A stretch of 63,134 nt of DNA from a virus (IMGVR_UViG_3300016673_000467:1-63134), one strand, 5' to 3'; shown: positions 1 to 10,137, counted from the stretch's first letter. The notes: generated by a model from the letters alone, not told the origin. Numbers and translations: made by a program.

Positions 1-543
1 TTATCGGGTGGCTTTGGCGATGGCGGTGCGCGCATCGAACATGGCGTAATACAGTCTGTGGAATATTGCGCAACTCGGGTCTTCGTGATCGTCGCCGCCG
101 TGTTCAAAAATCCCGTCAATGGTGCCGCTGTAATTGCTAGCGATCTGCTCACATTCACCCGCGATCTGGGTCAGTGCCACTAGGGCTTTCAGAAGGCTCT
201 CATTACTGGCACGCTCCTCGCGGCCAATATCCCAGAAGCGCTGTCCCCAGTGGTCCGGTGGCGGCGGGTTGGTGTTCTGTGCGCCCATGGCCAGGGCTCC
301 GACAATCGCGTCGCACAGATCGCGCTTGTAGGCATTTTCGCCGTCGATGCTCAGGCCGCGTCGGCGTAGAGAGCTGACTACTTCGTTATCATCGAGGCCT
401 TGATCTTTGAGGATGATGTCTTCCTCGGGCTTGCCTGGGGTGTAAATCACGAGTGCTATCTTGGCGCCGGGTAGGCAGTGAGCACTGATCTTTACGAGTG
501 CGTCGTTTGCTACCTGATGGAATCGCTGAAGGATTGCAGGCAT
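1..543 (-). CDS. Phage hypothetical protein (early left operon)
   Basis: ORF 1..732; likely start MPAILQRF at 543 after GAGG RBS and a hairpin. Confidence 0.7.
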   Translation of the reverse strand: MPAILQRFHQVANDALVKISAHCLPGAKIALVIYTPGKPEEDIILKDQGLDDNEVVSSLRRRGLSIDGENAYKRDLCDAIVGALAMGAQNTNPPPPDHWGQRFWDIGREERASNESLLKALVALTQIAGECEQIASNYSGTIDGIFEHGGDDHEDPSCAIFHRLYYAMFDARTAIAKATR

Positions 544-604
544 AGGGATACCTCGCCCGCCGATCACCGGCAGGATGGTTGAGTTATAAGGGTTTGGTTT
601 GTAG

Positions 605-748
605 CTACCGCTTGAAGTCAGTGCAACGCACGATGACCGTGCTGGTGTCGCGCTGAATCGGCGGCATATATATGAAGGGAAGGGCGCTGCAATCTCGGCG
701 GGCGTGCTGGCAAGCGCAGCACATGCCGCCATTGGGGTGATGGGTCAT
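605..748 (-). CDS. Small Cys-rich phage protein
   Basis: MTHHPNGGMCCACQH...; ATGA overlap with the upstream gene stop. Confidence 0.55.
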   Translation of the reverse strand: MTHHPNGGMCCACQHARRDCSALPFIYMPPIQRDTSTVIVRCTDFKR

Positions 749-1059
749 GGCGTCACATCCCGTCGCGCCCAGCTCACACATGGTCCGTCTTCGGTATCGA
801 AAATCCCGAGGAGGAACCATTCCGGCCCAGGCGCAACCGGGTCCCAGCCGAGGCAGTGACACTCACCGTCGTCATAGGGGTGATGACCGTCGATATCAGC
901 CTCCATGTGCCACTGCTGCAGCACCAGGTGCTGCTCAGTGATCCAGGCTTTGAAGGCCTCGTAGTTCTCATCGAAGTCGGGCAGATCGGGATGATCCCAC
1001 CAGCCGTCTTTATCCCGTACGGCTGCAACAGGTTGGATCAAAACAGATTCTTCAGGCAT
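745..1059 (-). CDS. Phage hypothetical protein (acidic, Trp-rich)
   Basis: AAGGA RBS behind a hairpin; 104 aa ORF in operon. Confidence 0.75.
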   Translation of the reverse strand: MPEESVLIQPVAAVRDKDGWWDHPDLPDFDENYEAFKAWITEQHLVLQQWHMEADIDGHHPYDDGECHCLGWDPVAPGPEWFLLGIFDTEDGPCVSWARRDVTP

Positions 1060-1161
1060 GACTTCGTCCTTGCCGCTATAGAGCGGCTGACTCTTAATTG
1101 GGTAGGAGGGCGCGCGTAGTATTTGTTATTTTGTTACAGTGCTCGGCTATATTTACCAAGG

Positions 1162-1866
1162 ATGAAATCAATGGGGCGTTATCGGGATTACTGGTCAAAG
1201 CAGTTACAGTGGTGGGGCAGCAGAAGTATGGTTTGGTGGGCCGCTCATTTCACAGCATTTTATGTCGGCGGCGCTATTTTGATAATGGGTGCGAGATTCG
1301 ATGATCTAATTGCACTGAAGTTGAATGAGATCGGAGATTTATCAGCTGGAGTGTTTGGTCCTGTTGCTTTTTTATGGCTTGTCCTAGGTTACATTCAGCA
1401 GGGTAGAGAGCTAAAAATAAGTTCAGAAGCGCTACAAATGCAGGCTGCGGAACTAAAAGAGTCGGTTAAGCAGCAAACGGCACTTGTTGAAGCGCAACAA
1501 GAAAATTTGCGCCATTATGAGCGCTCGCTTGAACCTCTTTTGGAGCTGAAATATGGAGGTTCCAAGGAGATAGATGGCGAATATCTTGAAAATTTTGAGA
1601 TTAGAAATTTTGGCTCTTATTGTGAAGGTGTAGTTCTTCGTCTTTATAGTGATGGTGTTGAAAGGTATCCTATGTCTATTGAACCGTTACACAAGGATGT
1701 AGTTCGCGGTTTCTTTTTGAGTGAGATGGTAGGGATTTTTCAAAAATTTGAACTTAAGGTTCACTACCGGAAGCTGAGCGGGTTGGAAAATTCTCAGACA
1801 TTTGATATTCATGTGTCTGAAGATCAAGATGGTCCAGATATTAGAATTAAAAAACACCCGATTTAA
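1162..1866 (+). CDS. Moron membrane protein (N-terminal TM helices, coiled coil, C-terminal domain)
   Basis: AT-rich, antisense to operon; LNEIGDLSAGVFGPVAFLWLVLGYIQQGRELK motif; start codon uncertain. Confidence 0.75.
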   Translation: MKSMGRYRDYWSKQLQWWGSRSMVWWAAHFTAFYVGGAILIMGARFDDLIALKLNEIGDLSAGVFGPVAFLWLVLGYIQQGRELKISSEALQMQAAELKESVKQQTALVEAQQENLRHYERSLEPLLELKYGGSKEIDGEYLENFEIRNFGSYCEGVVLRLYSDGVERYPMSIEPLHKDVVRGFFLSEMVGIFQKFELKVHYRKLSGLENSQTFDIHVSEDQDGPDIRIKKHPI

Positions 1867-1917
1867 CTGCGATACGAAGTCCTTGCCGCTCTATGCCATT
1901 TTTGGGGTGTGCGTGAA

Positions 1918-3966
1918 TTAAGCGGCTTCCGCATTGCGTTCAATCGAACTCCACGGGTCATTTGCCCGTGCTAACGCTGCCATCGGTGGAGGGCTGACAC
2001 TATTCCCGCACATATGCACCTGTTGGGTTTTAGTGAACGGCTTTCCGTCGGCGTCATGGCTGATGATGTAGTCCCCCGGGAAGCCCTGGGCCTTGTAGAG
2101 CTCTGCCGGCTGCAGCATCCGCAGGCAGATATCGACGATCACATACGGCGTGCCTTTGATGGTCACGGTGACCAGTGCCAGGCGGTCGCGGGTGGTAATG
2201 GTCGGCGCCGGCTCGTTGACGTCACTCACATTCTCGGTGCCGTAGTAGCTGATCAGAAAAGCTGCGACCCGCAGCGCCCCTGCTTCAACCTCCGGCGAGA
2301 GCTTCAACTCGACCAGCGAACTTTTGCCGCCGCCGCCCGCTGTGATGGTGGGTGCCGGCTCGTTCAGGCCCTGGCCGACACTGGCGCCGAACTGACGCTC
2401 AAGGAATGCCGTCATCAGTCCGTGATGCGTACCGCCTGCGCTGATGGTGTACAGCGGGTCGTTCAAGTCCCGCGCATCGCAGTTACCGCGCAAGTGCACC
2501 AGGTTGGCGGTGACCAGTTGTTGCTGGCTTCCGGTGTTGGTCATGGTGGTCATGGGGTCTTCGATGCTTTTGGCTGCGGTTGTGTTGAAGCTGCCATTCA
2601 TCTGGGCCATGAACACAGTAGCGATAGACTGACCGCCGCCGCTGGCTGTAACCGTGCCTAACGGGCCGCAGATATCGTTCACCCCGTGACTACGGCGTTT
2701 ACTTTCTCCAGATCCTTCTCCGTGGCCTGCCTGAACAATGCATGCCGACGCAATCGCACGATGATTCTGCGTTATCAGGGGGCCGACGGGCTGATCAACG
2801 GCCACCGGCCTGCCGGAGTACGCAGGGCCACCAGCACCTACCATTAAAGGGCTGATCAACGTCAATTCGCCACGATTCGCGCAAGTGATTGTCGGTAGCG
2901 GGGCGCCTAGGTCATTTATCCGGTCGCTGCCCTGGTGAGTGACCGGCGCAACGATCGGGCTGGCCATTGCAAACGATCCACCGCGAGGCCATGAGGTCAC
3001 GGTGCGCAGCGGCTCATTAGCTGACTGCACGCTTTCCCCGGACCAGTTAGCGATCGGCACGATAAAAGGGTTGGCGGCATCGAGCACGAACTTGCGCATA
3101 CCCTTGGCAACGCGGCGCAGGGTGGCCGGGGCCAGATCCTTTTTACGGCCAAAGATGCTTTTGCTCGGGATGGTCCAGTCGATGCACTCGGCGGCGGTGC
3201 GCCACTTCTGCTGACCTTTGGCGGGGTTCTTGGCGTGGGTTGGCTCGGGCCACACGATGGGCTGGCCATCGCAGCGGGCAATCATAAAGAGGCGTTCCCG
3301 GCTGGTGGGGGCCCCGAAGTCGCAGGCCTTGATTACGCGCCATTCAACGACATAGTCCAGGCGCTTCAGCTCAGCGACAAACACCGCCCAAGTCTGGCCG
3401 CGACGTTTTGGGTCGGGTATCAGGAATTGCTCGTTGACTGGTACCACTTCACCTGGTTCGGCAATACCACCACTCAACTTGATGACGCGCCCGGTCGACT
3501 TACAGCGCTTGGCCACCAGTGGGCCCCACTGCAGGATCTGCTTCACGTTCTCCAGGCTGATCACCCGAGGTTGCTTCATGCCAGCCCACTTAAGGCCGAT
3601 CCAAGATAGGTTACGAATCTCGCGCTTACGGGGTTGCCCGCCGGCTGCCTGACTGTGGTGAGTGCAGTCCGGCGACATATGGAACCAGCCCACGGCCCGT
3701 CCACCGCATTCAGTGTCAGGGTCGCCCTCAAACACATCAGTGGTGAAGTGCTTCGCATGCGGGTGGTTGGCCGTGTGCATGCTGATCGCTGCAGGGCTGT
3801 GGTTTTTGGCGACAGTTACTGCACGGCCAAGGCCCATTTCCAGCCCGGTACCCGCGCCGCCGCCACCGCAGAAGAAGTCCACGACGATCTTATCGTCTTG
3901 CTGGTTGAAGCCAAGGCCGTACTGGGTTTTGAAATCGAAGGGGTGTTTCTTCTGTTGTGCGGACAT
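1918..3966 (-). CDS. Phage DNA (cytosine-5) methyltransferase, 682 aa
   Basis: Motif I DFFCGGGG, motif IV SPDC, motif VI ENV, motif VIII RERLF, C-terminal GNSV; repeated PxxTIT/TVT segments. Confidence 0.92.
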   Translation of the reverse strand: MSAQQKKHPFDFKTQYGLGFNQQDDKIVVDFFCGGGGAGTGLEMGLGRAVTVAKNHSPAAISMHTANHPHAKHFTTDVFEGDPDTECGGRAVGWFHMSPDCTHHSQAAGGQPRKREIRNLSWIGLKWAGMKQPRVISLENVKQILQWGPLVAKRCKSTGRVIKLSGGIAEPGEVVPVNEQFLIPDPKRRGQTWAVFVAELKRLDYVVEWRVIKACDFGAPTSRERLFMIARCDGQPIVWPEPTHAKNPAKGQQKWRTAAECIDWTIPSKSIFGRKKDLAPATLRRVAKGMRKFVLDAANPFIVPIANWSGESVQSANEPLRTVTSWPRGGSFAMASPIVAPVTHQGSDRINDLGAPLPTITCANRGELTLISPLMVGAGGPAYSGRPVAVDQPVGPLITQNHRAIASACIVQAGHGEGSGESKRRSHGVNDICGPLGTVTASGGGQSIATVFMAQMNGSFNTTAAKSIEDPMTTMTNTGSQQQLVTANLVHLRGNCDARDLNDPLYTISAGGTHHGLMTAFLERQFGASVGQGLNEPAPTITAGGGGKSSLVELKLSPEVEAGALRVAAFLISYYGTENVSDVNEPAPTITTRDRLALVTVTIKGTPYVIVDICLRMLQPAELYKAQGFPGDYIISHDADGKPFTKTQQVHMCGNSVSPPPMAALARANDPWSSIERNAEAA

Positions 3967-4012
3967 AGGGGGTCCTCGCCGGTATAGTTCCGGGATCTAC
4001 AGGGGGTGGGTT

Positions 4013-4570
4013 ATGGATTTTGTTACGGCATGGGAAGGCTTTTTAAGCTGGGTAGAGTTTCACCCTGGCCTGGCATCGTGGGTGCAGGCATTTGGATCGA
4101 TAATTGCAATTGCCGTTGCAATTCGACTAGCCGGGAGCGAAAGGCGCTATAAGTCCGTACTAGATAAAAAGGCTCGCATTGAGGCTATAGAACGATCCAT
4201 TCAGGCTAGCGAGTTTGCTCTGAAAGTAGCCAGAAACACATTTGAGTTTTTTACGTGCAACTCAATTGCAAGAAGCATGATTCCTCGATTTATGCGAGTT
4301 ATTGATCAGGCATCGAGCTACGTTGATGAGGCCCGAGCAGGCCCGTTAGTGGATAGTCAAATTTCAGCCGCGGTCATGGAAGTGAAGAATGCACTCGTTG
4401 ACATCAAGAGCCTCACGTCTTCTTGGGCGGATAACGAGGACAATGATTACTCCCATGAGATCGAGTTTTTTGATGCAAACATCAGGCGAATAACAAATGC
4501 AACAATCAACCTTATGGAGATGCAGGCCGACGCTCGAAAAAGACTGAAGTGGTGGTGGCCTTCTGACTAG
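4013..4570 (+). CDS. Moron protein with N-terminal TM segment
   Basis: PGLASWVQAFGSIIAIAVAI anchor; antisense insertion. Confidence 0.7.
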   Translation: MDFVTAWEGFLSWVEFHPGLASWVQAFGSIIAIAVAIRLAGSERRYKSVLDKKARIEAIERSIQASEFALKVARNTFEFFTCNSIARSMIPRFMRVIDQASSYVDEARAGPLVDSQISAAVMEVKNALVDIKSLTSSWADNEDNDYSHEIEFFDANIRRITNATINLMEMQADARKRLKWWWPSD

Positions 4571-4675
4571 AATATTTTGGCGAGAAAATCAGCGCCTGCC
4601 TCTCCGGCTGGCGTGATTCGTTGATATGGGTTATTACAGGTGATCGGCATGGGGCCGGATCAAGGAGAGATGCAA

Positions 4676-4879
4676 ATGGCTACAGATCGTGAAATCGCAC
4701 TTGAACAAGCTGCTGTCGCAATCGTTGCGGAAGCAAAGGCACAGGGTATTGATCTGCTTCGGCTGTCTGAGAGCGCGAAGATTGGTATCTACGGCAACAA
4801 GCCATACTGCTGGATCAGCCCAGATCACAAGCATGCAGCCGCCGAGGCCGTTGACTATCTGATCAGTCGCACCGAGTAG
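4676..4879 (+). CDS. Small hypothetical protein
   Basis: AAGGAG RBS; MATDREIALEQA... Confidence 0.6.
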   Translation: MATDREIALEQAAVAIVAEAKAQGIDLLRLSESAKIGIYGNKPYCWISPDHKHAAAEAVDYLISRTE

Positions 4880-4884
4880 GTTGA

Positions 4885-5286
4885 TCAGGCGCGCCTAACT
4901 TTGAAGTGGAGCATCGCTTTGATGCTATGACAGTAATCCTGAAGTCGTTCATAGGCCTTGTACTTGGCCTGGCCACGGGTAGCAGCCCAAACCCTGACCA
5001 GGTCTTCTCGGGCCTATCGACTTTAGTTGAGATCATCCCAGTCATGCTTGAACGGAAGAACAAGCCACTCTTTCAGGGGTAGGGTATCGGCGATCTCGCC
5101 ATATTGCATTTCGCGGGTCGGGTGGTAGTTGCTGATTCGCTTCTTCGGGTCTTCGTCAAGCACCACGCCAATGTAGTGGCCGCGATCCGCCAGGATGACG
5201 CCTGGCTTGCCGTAGGCGATCACGCGGCGACCGACTTCGGCGGGCACCTTATAGTGCTGCCGAACATATGCGCAGTTGTGGCTCAT
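4885..5286 (-). pseudogene. Phage hypothetical gene with two in-frame stops
   Basis: Frame continues past TAA and TAG (LN*SR*AREDLVRVWAATRGQAKYKAY...KVRRA*) to 4885. Confidence 0.6.
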
Positions 5287-5407
5287 GGATTATCTCCAGT
5301 CAGGCTCCACCCTCTGCGGCTAGCGTCGGCGTGGTAGCAATTTTACTTCATTAAATGTTTAAATGTGCCAATTTTGGAACTGTCGTGAAATAAAAAGGAA
5401 GTTACGG

Positions 5408-6136
5408 ATGGATAAAGTCTTACTAACAGCTTTCCTCACCGCGTTGGCCGGTTTCATCACTGCTGCACTCAGTATTGTGAAGTTGGTTAATGAAAAAGAA
5501 AGCAAAACTACAGAGTATCGTCAATCCTGGACTGACTCTGTTCGCTCTGCACTGGCTGAACTTATTGCTAAAATAAATGCTCAAGCAAGTACAGTGGTCT
5601 CGGCACGAAAAACACATGCTATATATGAAAGACTAATGAAAGAGTATGCCAAGGCGGATGAGTCCGAGAAGGAGCTGAAGAAAAATCTTGCTGACTTTAA
5701 TCGTTGTGCGTTTAAGGATGGTCTTGATCGTGCTAACTTACTCACTCAGGAGGTCTACCACTCTTATTCAAAAGTGTGTTTGCATTTTAAACCCGATGAT
5801 TTAAGTTTTAGTAGGATCGAGCATAAGTTTGATTTTTGCAGGGCTAAATTGGCTGAGCTTAAGGAAGAGAAGGATATTCAAAAGCTTGGAGCAATTAAGG
5901 AGCAGGTTCACAGTGCAACTAATGAAATAACAATGATGTCACGAAGTATTCTCAAGTCTGAGTGGGAGACCGTAAAGCTGGGTGAGCCAGCTTACAAAAC
6001 TACCAAAAGATGGTCTGTGTGGATTTGTGTCGTTATGTTCTTTTTGTTGATAACTATTGGTGTTCATGCCGGTATATCATATGTAAAAGTGGATTCGGGG
6101 CAGAGTAATGTCAGGACTACTGAGAGCAAAAAATAG
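5408..6136 (+). CDS. Moron membrane protein (N- and C-terminal TM, helical core)
   Basis: AT-rich antisense ORF with two hydrophobic segments. Confidence 0.75.
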   Translation: MDKVLLTAFLTALAGFITAALSIVKLVNEKESKTTEYRQSWTDSVRSALAELIAKINAQASTVVSARKTHAIYERLMKEYAKADESEKELKKNLADFNRCAFKDGLDRANLLTQEVYHSYSKVCLHFKPDDLSFSRIEHKFDFCRAKLAELKEEKDIQKLGAIKEQVHSATNEITMMSRSILKSEWETVKLGEPAYKTTKRWSVWICVVMFFLLITIGVHAGISYVKVDSGQSNVRTTESKK

Positions 6137-6470
6137 CTGACTTCTCTTTGGATTCAATTATTTCGTCGCCAAGGTCATTCTGGATAGCAAGAAGGCTTTT
6201 GTTGCGGAATTCCCGCGCCACCTTTTCTGTAGGTTCGAATATGTGGCTCGGAGGATTTAACAGCGGCTGACACTTCGCAGAGCCAAGTGCATGAAGTTGA
6301 TGAATCATCAAGGTCATCGCTTCTCCTTGTTCAGCAATGCTGGCCCAATCCATCAGGTCGGCTAGTGCTTGGCGAGTACCTGGGCGGCCACGAAGCCTCA
6401 ACTCTTCTTCCTGCGCCGCTATCCGCTTCACGGCAGCTTTGGCCGACCGTTCCTGTACTGATTTGGCCAT
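6117..6470 (-). CDS. Phage hypothetical protein
   Basis: GAGG RBS; in early left operon. Confidence 0.65.
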   Translation of the reverse strand: MAKSVQERSAKAAVKRIAAQEEELRLRGRPGTRQALADLMDWASIAEQGEAMTLMIHQLHALGSAKCQPLLNPPSHIFEPTEKVAREFRNKSLLAIQNDLGDEIIESKEKSAIFCSQ

Positions 6471-6539
6471 TGCCTACCTCTTCAATTCCGCTGGCCGGCA
6501 GTGCGAGCCAAGTTTGACGTTTACGTTGCTGGATACGGG

Positions 6540-7010
6540 CTATGCGGCGCATGAATCGACCTTTACCTGATTCCAGGCGCCTACCGCTTCGAAGATCCGC
6601 GCGGCGTGCGCCTCGTCCAGGGATAGGGTTTCGGGAATGGCGATCCAGCCAGAGGCCACTATCTGGTTTTGGTTGGCTGACTTGCGCAGCTCTGTGTAGC
6701 AATGCTCTATCACGTCCTCCAGGTGGTCGGAGAGGTAGACGCCATTGGGCGCAATCTCCACTGACTTGCTGTAGCGGTCACCGCGGGCGTCAATGCAAAG
6801 AGCGCTGAGGTAGATCGTCCAGCGATGTGGGATTCCACAGACAGCCTGGCCAATCTTCCCTGGTGCGATGTTCTTCAGTGACTTGTAATTGATCATGCCC
6901 TGGCGGCCGCTGGGGTTAATGTTCACAACGGCGACGTGATTCGAGTTCAAAAGTGCACGGCACGAGCGTTCAACTCGAACCCGTATATTGTGCGGCTTTC
7001 GTTTGCTCAT
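6540..7010 (-). CDS. Phage hypothetical protein
   Basis: 156 aa; overlaps the upstream stop. Confidence 0.75.
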   Translation of the reverse strand: MSKRKPHNIRVRVERSCRALLNSNHVAVVNINPSGRQGMINYKSLKNIAPGKIGQAVCGIPHRWTIYLSALCIDARGDRYSKSVEIAPNGVYLSDHLEDVIEHCYTELRKSANQNQIVASGWIAIPETLSLDEAHAARIFEAVGAWNQVKVDSCAA

Positions 7011-7240
7011 AAGGCCTCCGCAAGCCGCCGCAGTGTCTGGCGCTCGGCCGGGGTTGGAGATTTGCGTCGTCGTTTCAGGACGGTGTCAGGGTCTATCTTT
7101 TCGGAACGGCTGGGTGGCAAGGGCTTGAAAGGGAATCCACTTGCCCGGGTTATCTGCCCTCCAGAATTAAAGAAGGCCGCTTTTGCGGCCTCCAGTTGGG
7201 CTTGCCTCTCGGCGCTTGCGAGGATTTGGTTACCGATCAT
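7007..7240 (-). CDS. Phage hypothetical protein
   Basis: Translationally coupled to the exonuclease. Confidence 0.7.
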   Translation of the reverse strand: MIGNQILASAERQAQLEAAKAAFFNSGGQITRASGFPFKPLPPSRSEKIDPDTVLKRRRKSPTPAERQTLRRLAEAL

Positions 7241-8004
7241 GCTGCTTTGCTCAGCAGTTTTTGCTCGTAGCTATCGACCAGTATTTTGAAACTCCAGAGG
7301 TCGGATTCGAGCTTTTCGATGTAGTCGTCGTCGCGCTTGAATTCCTGCAGCCAGAGCTGGCGGCCGACAGGCTTGAGCAGCGGGCAGTACATCCCGATAT
7401 GCCACCACTTGCGGCCGGTGATCCACATGCAGCCCATCACCTGGTCAAGGATTTCGCTGGCGTCATTGTCGATGTGGTAGGCGCGCAGCTTTTCAGGGGC
7501 CAGGAAGCACTTGTATTCCGAGCCGCCATCCTCACCGATGAAACCGTCAGCGCTGGCGCCAAATGCGTGGTCGTCAGTTTTCACCAACCCGACTTGGGTG
7601 ACGATGAGACCTGTCTGGATTTCATGCTCCATCCGCGCTTCAGGCTCAAGGTCATGGCCCCGGCGCATCTGCCAGGTTTCAAAACCGTTATCCAGCGGTT
7701 TGCCGCCGATGCGTTCGACGGCCAATTGGAAGGCGTAGTTGAGGGCTGCTGCTGACGGCTCGCCAACGGTCTCACCATCAAGGGCGCGCTGAACCACTTC
7801 TGCCTTTGGGCCTGCTTTGTAACCGGCAATATCGCGTGCAGCGCTTTCGCTGCGTCCCTCCAGAATGGCGGTGACGTATTTCTGTTGCTGTGAGGTCAGG
7901 CCGTTCACCTTTGAGCGGGCGGTGCTGAACATGCTGGCCGTGATGACTCCAGCGCGTTCTTGGTGCCAGGCTTCGGAGCCCTGGGTGCAATTGACGATGA
8001 TCAT
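7237..8004 (-). CDS. YqaJ-like / lambda exonuclease family recombination nuclease
   Basis: QGSEAWHQER...ITAS, GHDLEPEAR, GASADG, EYKC motifs; adjacent to RecT. Confidence 0.9.
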   Translation of the reverse strand: MIIVNCTQGSEAWHQERAGVITASMFSTARSKVNGLTSQQQKYVTAILEGRSESAARDIAGYKAGPKAEVVQRALDGETVGEPSAAALNYAFQLAVERIGGKPLDNGFETWQMRRGHDLEPEARMEHEIQTGLIVTQVGLVKTDDHAFGASADGFIGEDGGSEYKCFLAPEKLRAYHIDNDASEILDQVMGCMWITGRKWWHIGMYCPLLKPVGRQLWLQEFKRDDDYIEKLESDLWSFKILVDSYEQKLLSKAA

Positions 8005-8966
8005 GGGTTCACCTCTGCAAATTCGACTTCTTCTTCATCGGCCGCGGGTTGAGGCTCGACGTCAACCGACGCTGCTTTCAGTTCTGTGCCGCGAGCAACC
8101 ACGGCGGCCTTGAATGCGTCGTAGCAGGCCATGTCTTTGACCTCGTTGATTGCCGCCACGCCTGCCTTCCACACCTCCGTCAGCGCCTCCGGTGTTACTG
8201 CTGCATTGGCCTGCACGACCCAGTGTTGAGCCAGGCCGTGATCCACTTGCGGTGTGACAGGTGTTTGCTTGAGCCCTTCATCCGTCTCGGTGTTCAAATA
8301 GTGAATGGCATTTTCGAGTCGGTCGGTTTTCGGCCAGTATTTGTAGGCCTGCTTTACACAGGTTTTCTTGGTCATTTCGCCCGGGTCAGTGACCCAGGGG
8401 CAAAGTTTTGAGTTGTCCTTGACGTAGGCCTTCCACGCTTCAGAGCGGTCACGGATCGCGATTACCTCGGCCATGCTCATCGGGTGGGTCAGGTAGTCGC
8501 CGTCTGACGTTTTGATCACCACATAGACACCGATGACCATGCCTCTGTCAGGGGAGAACGGTTTCGTTTTATGGGTGGGTGGCTGGTCAACGCCGTTGAG
8601 TTCAAAGGTGTCACTTTCATAGACCAGCTTGGCCTGGCCCCAGCGGACTGATCCGGTCGACATGGCCAGGTCCATAAGGCCCATATACGAGATATCGAGG
8701 CATATCTTGCCCTTGCGTGGGACGAAGTAAGCCTGCTTTTTGGCGGGGTTCAGGCTGAGGCCGATGGAGGCGATATTGGTTACGGCGTCTATCACCGCTT
8801 GGCGGTTCTGCAAGGCGACCTTGAGGGTGTAGCTGTTGCCTTCAAGTATCTGAATGGCGAAATTGGCTTCGCGGTCGAAGTTCAGAGAGGGCTCGGCCTG
8901 CACGGCCAAAAAAGCGTCACGGCAGGCATAGATGTCCTGCGAGACAAGTGCCAGATCATTGCTCAT
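8001..8966 (-). CDS. recT: RecT family ssDNA-annealing recombinase
   Basis: GLSLNPAKKQAYFVPR, ISYMGL, PW...EMTKKT motifs. Confidence 0.9.
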   Translation of the reverse strand: MSNDLALVSQDIYACRDAFLAVQAEPSLNFDREANFAIQILEGNSYTLKVALQNRQAVIDAVTNIASIGLSLNPAKKQAYFVPRKGKICLDISYMGLMDLAMSTGSVRWGQAKLVYESDTFELNGVDQPPTHKTKPFSPDRGMVIGVYVVIKTSDGDYLTHPMSMAEVIAIRDRSEAWKAYVKDNSKLCPWVTDPGEMTKKTCVKQAYKYWPKTDRLENAIHYLNTETDEGLKQTPVTPQVDHGLAQHWVVQANAAVTPEALTEVWKAGVAAINEVKDMACYDAFKAAVVARGTELKAASVDVEPQPAADEEEVEFAEVNP

Positions 8967-8973
8967 AACGACC

Positions 8974-10137
8974 TCAGTAGGTGATGGCTATCGCCGGAAT
9001 CTTGCGTTGAGCGATCAAGGTGACGGCCTGCCGGGCGCACTCATCAGGCATGCCACCGGCAATAAAAGCGTCCAGTGCGGCACGGTTGATTTTTGCCTTG
9101 TGGGCTTTGTCAGCTTCGCGGGCTTTGGCCTGGCGCTCTTCCTCGGCTTTGGCTTCGTTTTGGCGTCGGACTTCATCCAGCCTGGCCTGCTCAACGGCCT
9201 GCGCCTGGCGCTGGATGGCGTCGAGCCTTTGTTGCTCTGCGCGCTTTTCTGCTGCGAGTCTGTTGATTTCGGCTTGCTCGGCAGCCAGCTGAGCCTGTTC
9301 AGTCTGAAGCTGCAGCTGGCGGCGTTGGCTCTCTGCGGCAGCTTCAGCATCACGGGCTGCCTGTTCCGTCACGCGCTGACGTGCAGCCGCCTGGTCGATC
9401 AGGTCTTGCTCACGCTTTGCTGCAGCTTCACGTTCAGCCTTGGCATCAGCGGCGACTTTGGCTATGGCTCGTTCTTCGGCTTCGCGGGAAATTTGGGAGT
9501 CCCGATCGCGTTGTGCCTGAGCCTCGGCCTCGGCACGCAAACGAACCAGCTCGGCCTGTTCGGCTTCGTGTCTTACGCGCTCGGCATGCAGGCTGCGCAG
9601 CTTGGACAGGGTTTGATCTTTCGCCTGAGCCGCCTTGGCAAGAAACTCTTCCCAGCTGTCGTCGAGTGCGATCAATTCCAGATCTGCGATGATCTTCGCT
9701 ACAGCCGCTGCGGTCGGGGTTTCGGCAAAGAGAACCATGTCTTTGATGCGCTGAATGCTGTCCATGTGGGCAGCTGTACGCTTGTCTTCGGTGGCCTGCC
9801 AATCATCAAGCGGTTTACGGACCTCTTTTTGCCATGCCTCCAAGGTGTCCCATACGCGCTTACGCTCGGCGTCGATTTTCTTCGGGATTTCCTTCTGTTC
9901 GGCGGAGATCTGTTTGCCTAGGGTGTCCAGGGCGTTTTTCGTCTTGGCGATCTTGTGTGCCATCGATGCGTACTGCTGCCGGCCTTTGGCAGTGGTCAGT
10001 TCAGGCAGAACTCTGTTGAACGCATCCACTTCAGCGCGGACTGTCTGAAGCCATGGCTCAAGGCCGTTTAGTGTGCTGTAGACGGAGAGGGCGGTTTCTT
10101 GGGGCGGTACGACCGCCAGTTGTTGGTCTGCGGACAT
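8974..10137 (-). CDS. Coiled-coil phage protein of the recombination module
   Basis: Ala/Glu/Gln/Arg-rich helical ORF upstream of recT. Confidence 0.8.
   Translation of the reverse strand: MSADQQLAVVPPQETALSVYSTLNGLEPWLQTVRAEVDAFNRVLPELTTAKGRQQYASMAHKIAKTKNALDTLGKQISAEQKEIPKKIDAERKRVWDTLEAWQKEVRKPLDDWQATEDKRTAAHMDSIQRIKDMVLFAETPTAAAVAKIIADLELIALDDSWEEFLAKAAQAKDQTLSKLRSLHAERVRHEAEQAELVRLRAEAEAQAQRDRDSQISREAEERAIAKVAADAKAEREAAAKREQDLIDQAAARQRVTEQAARDAEAAAESQRRQLQLQTEQAQLAAEQAEINRLAAEKRAEQQRLDAIQRQAQAVEQARLDEVRRQNEAKAEEERQAKAREADKAHKAKINRAALDAFIAGGMPDECARQAVTLIAQRKIPAIAITY

Noticed and set aside
3662-4012. N-terminal extensions in the ORF track (also 544-732, 16504-16674, 19224-19418)
   Set aside because: They overlap real genes or operators; downstream starts fit better
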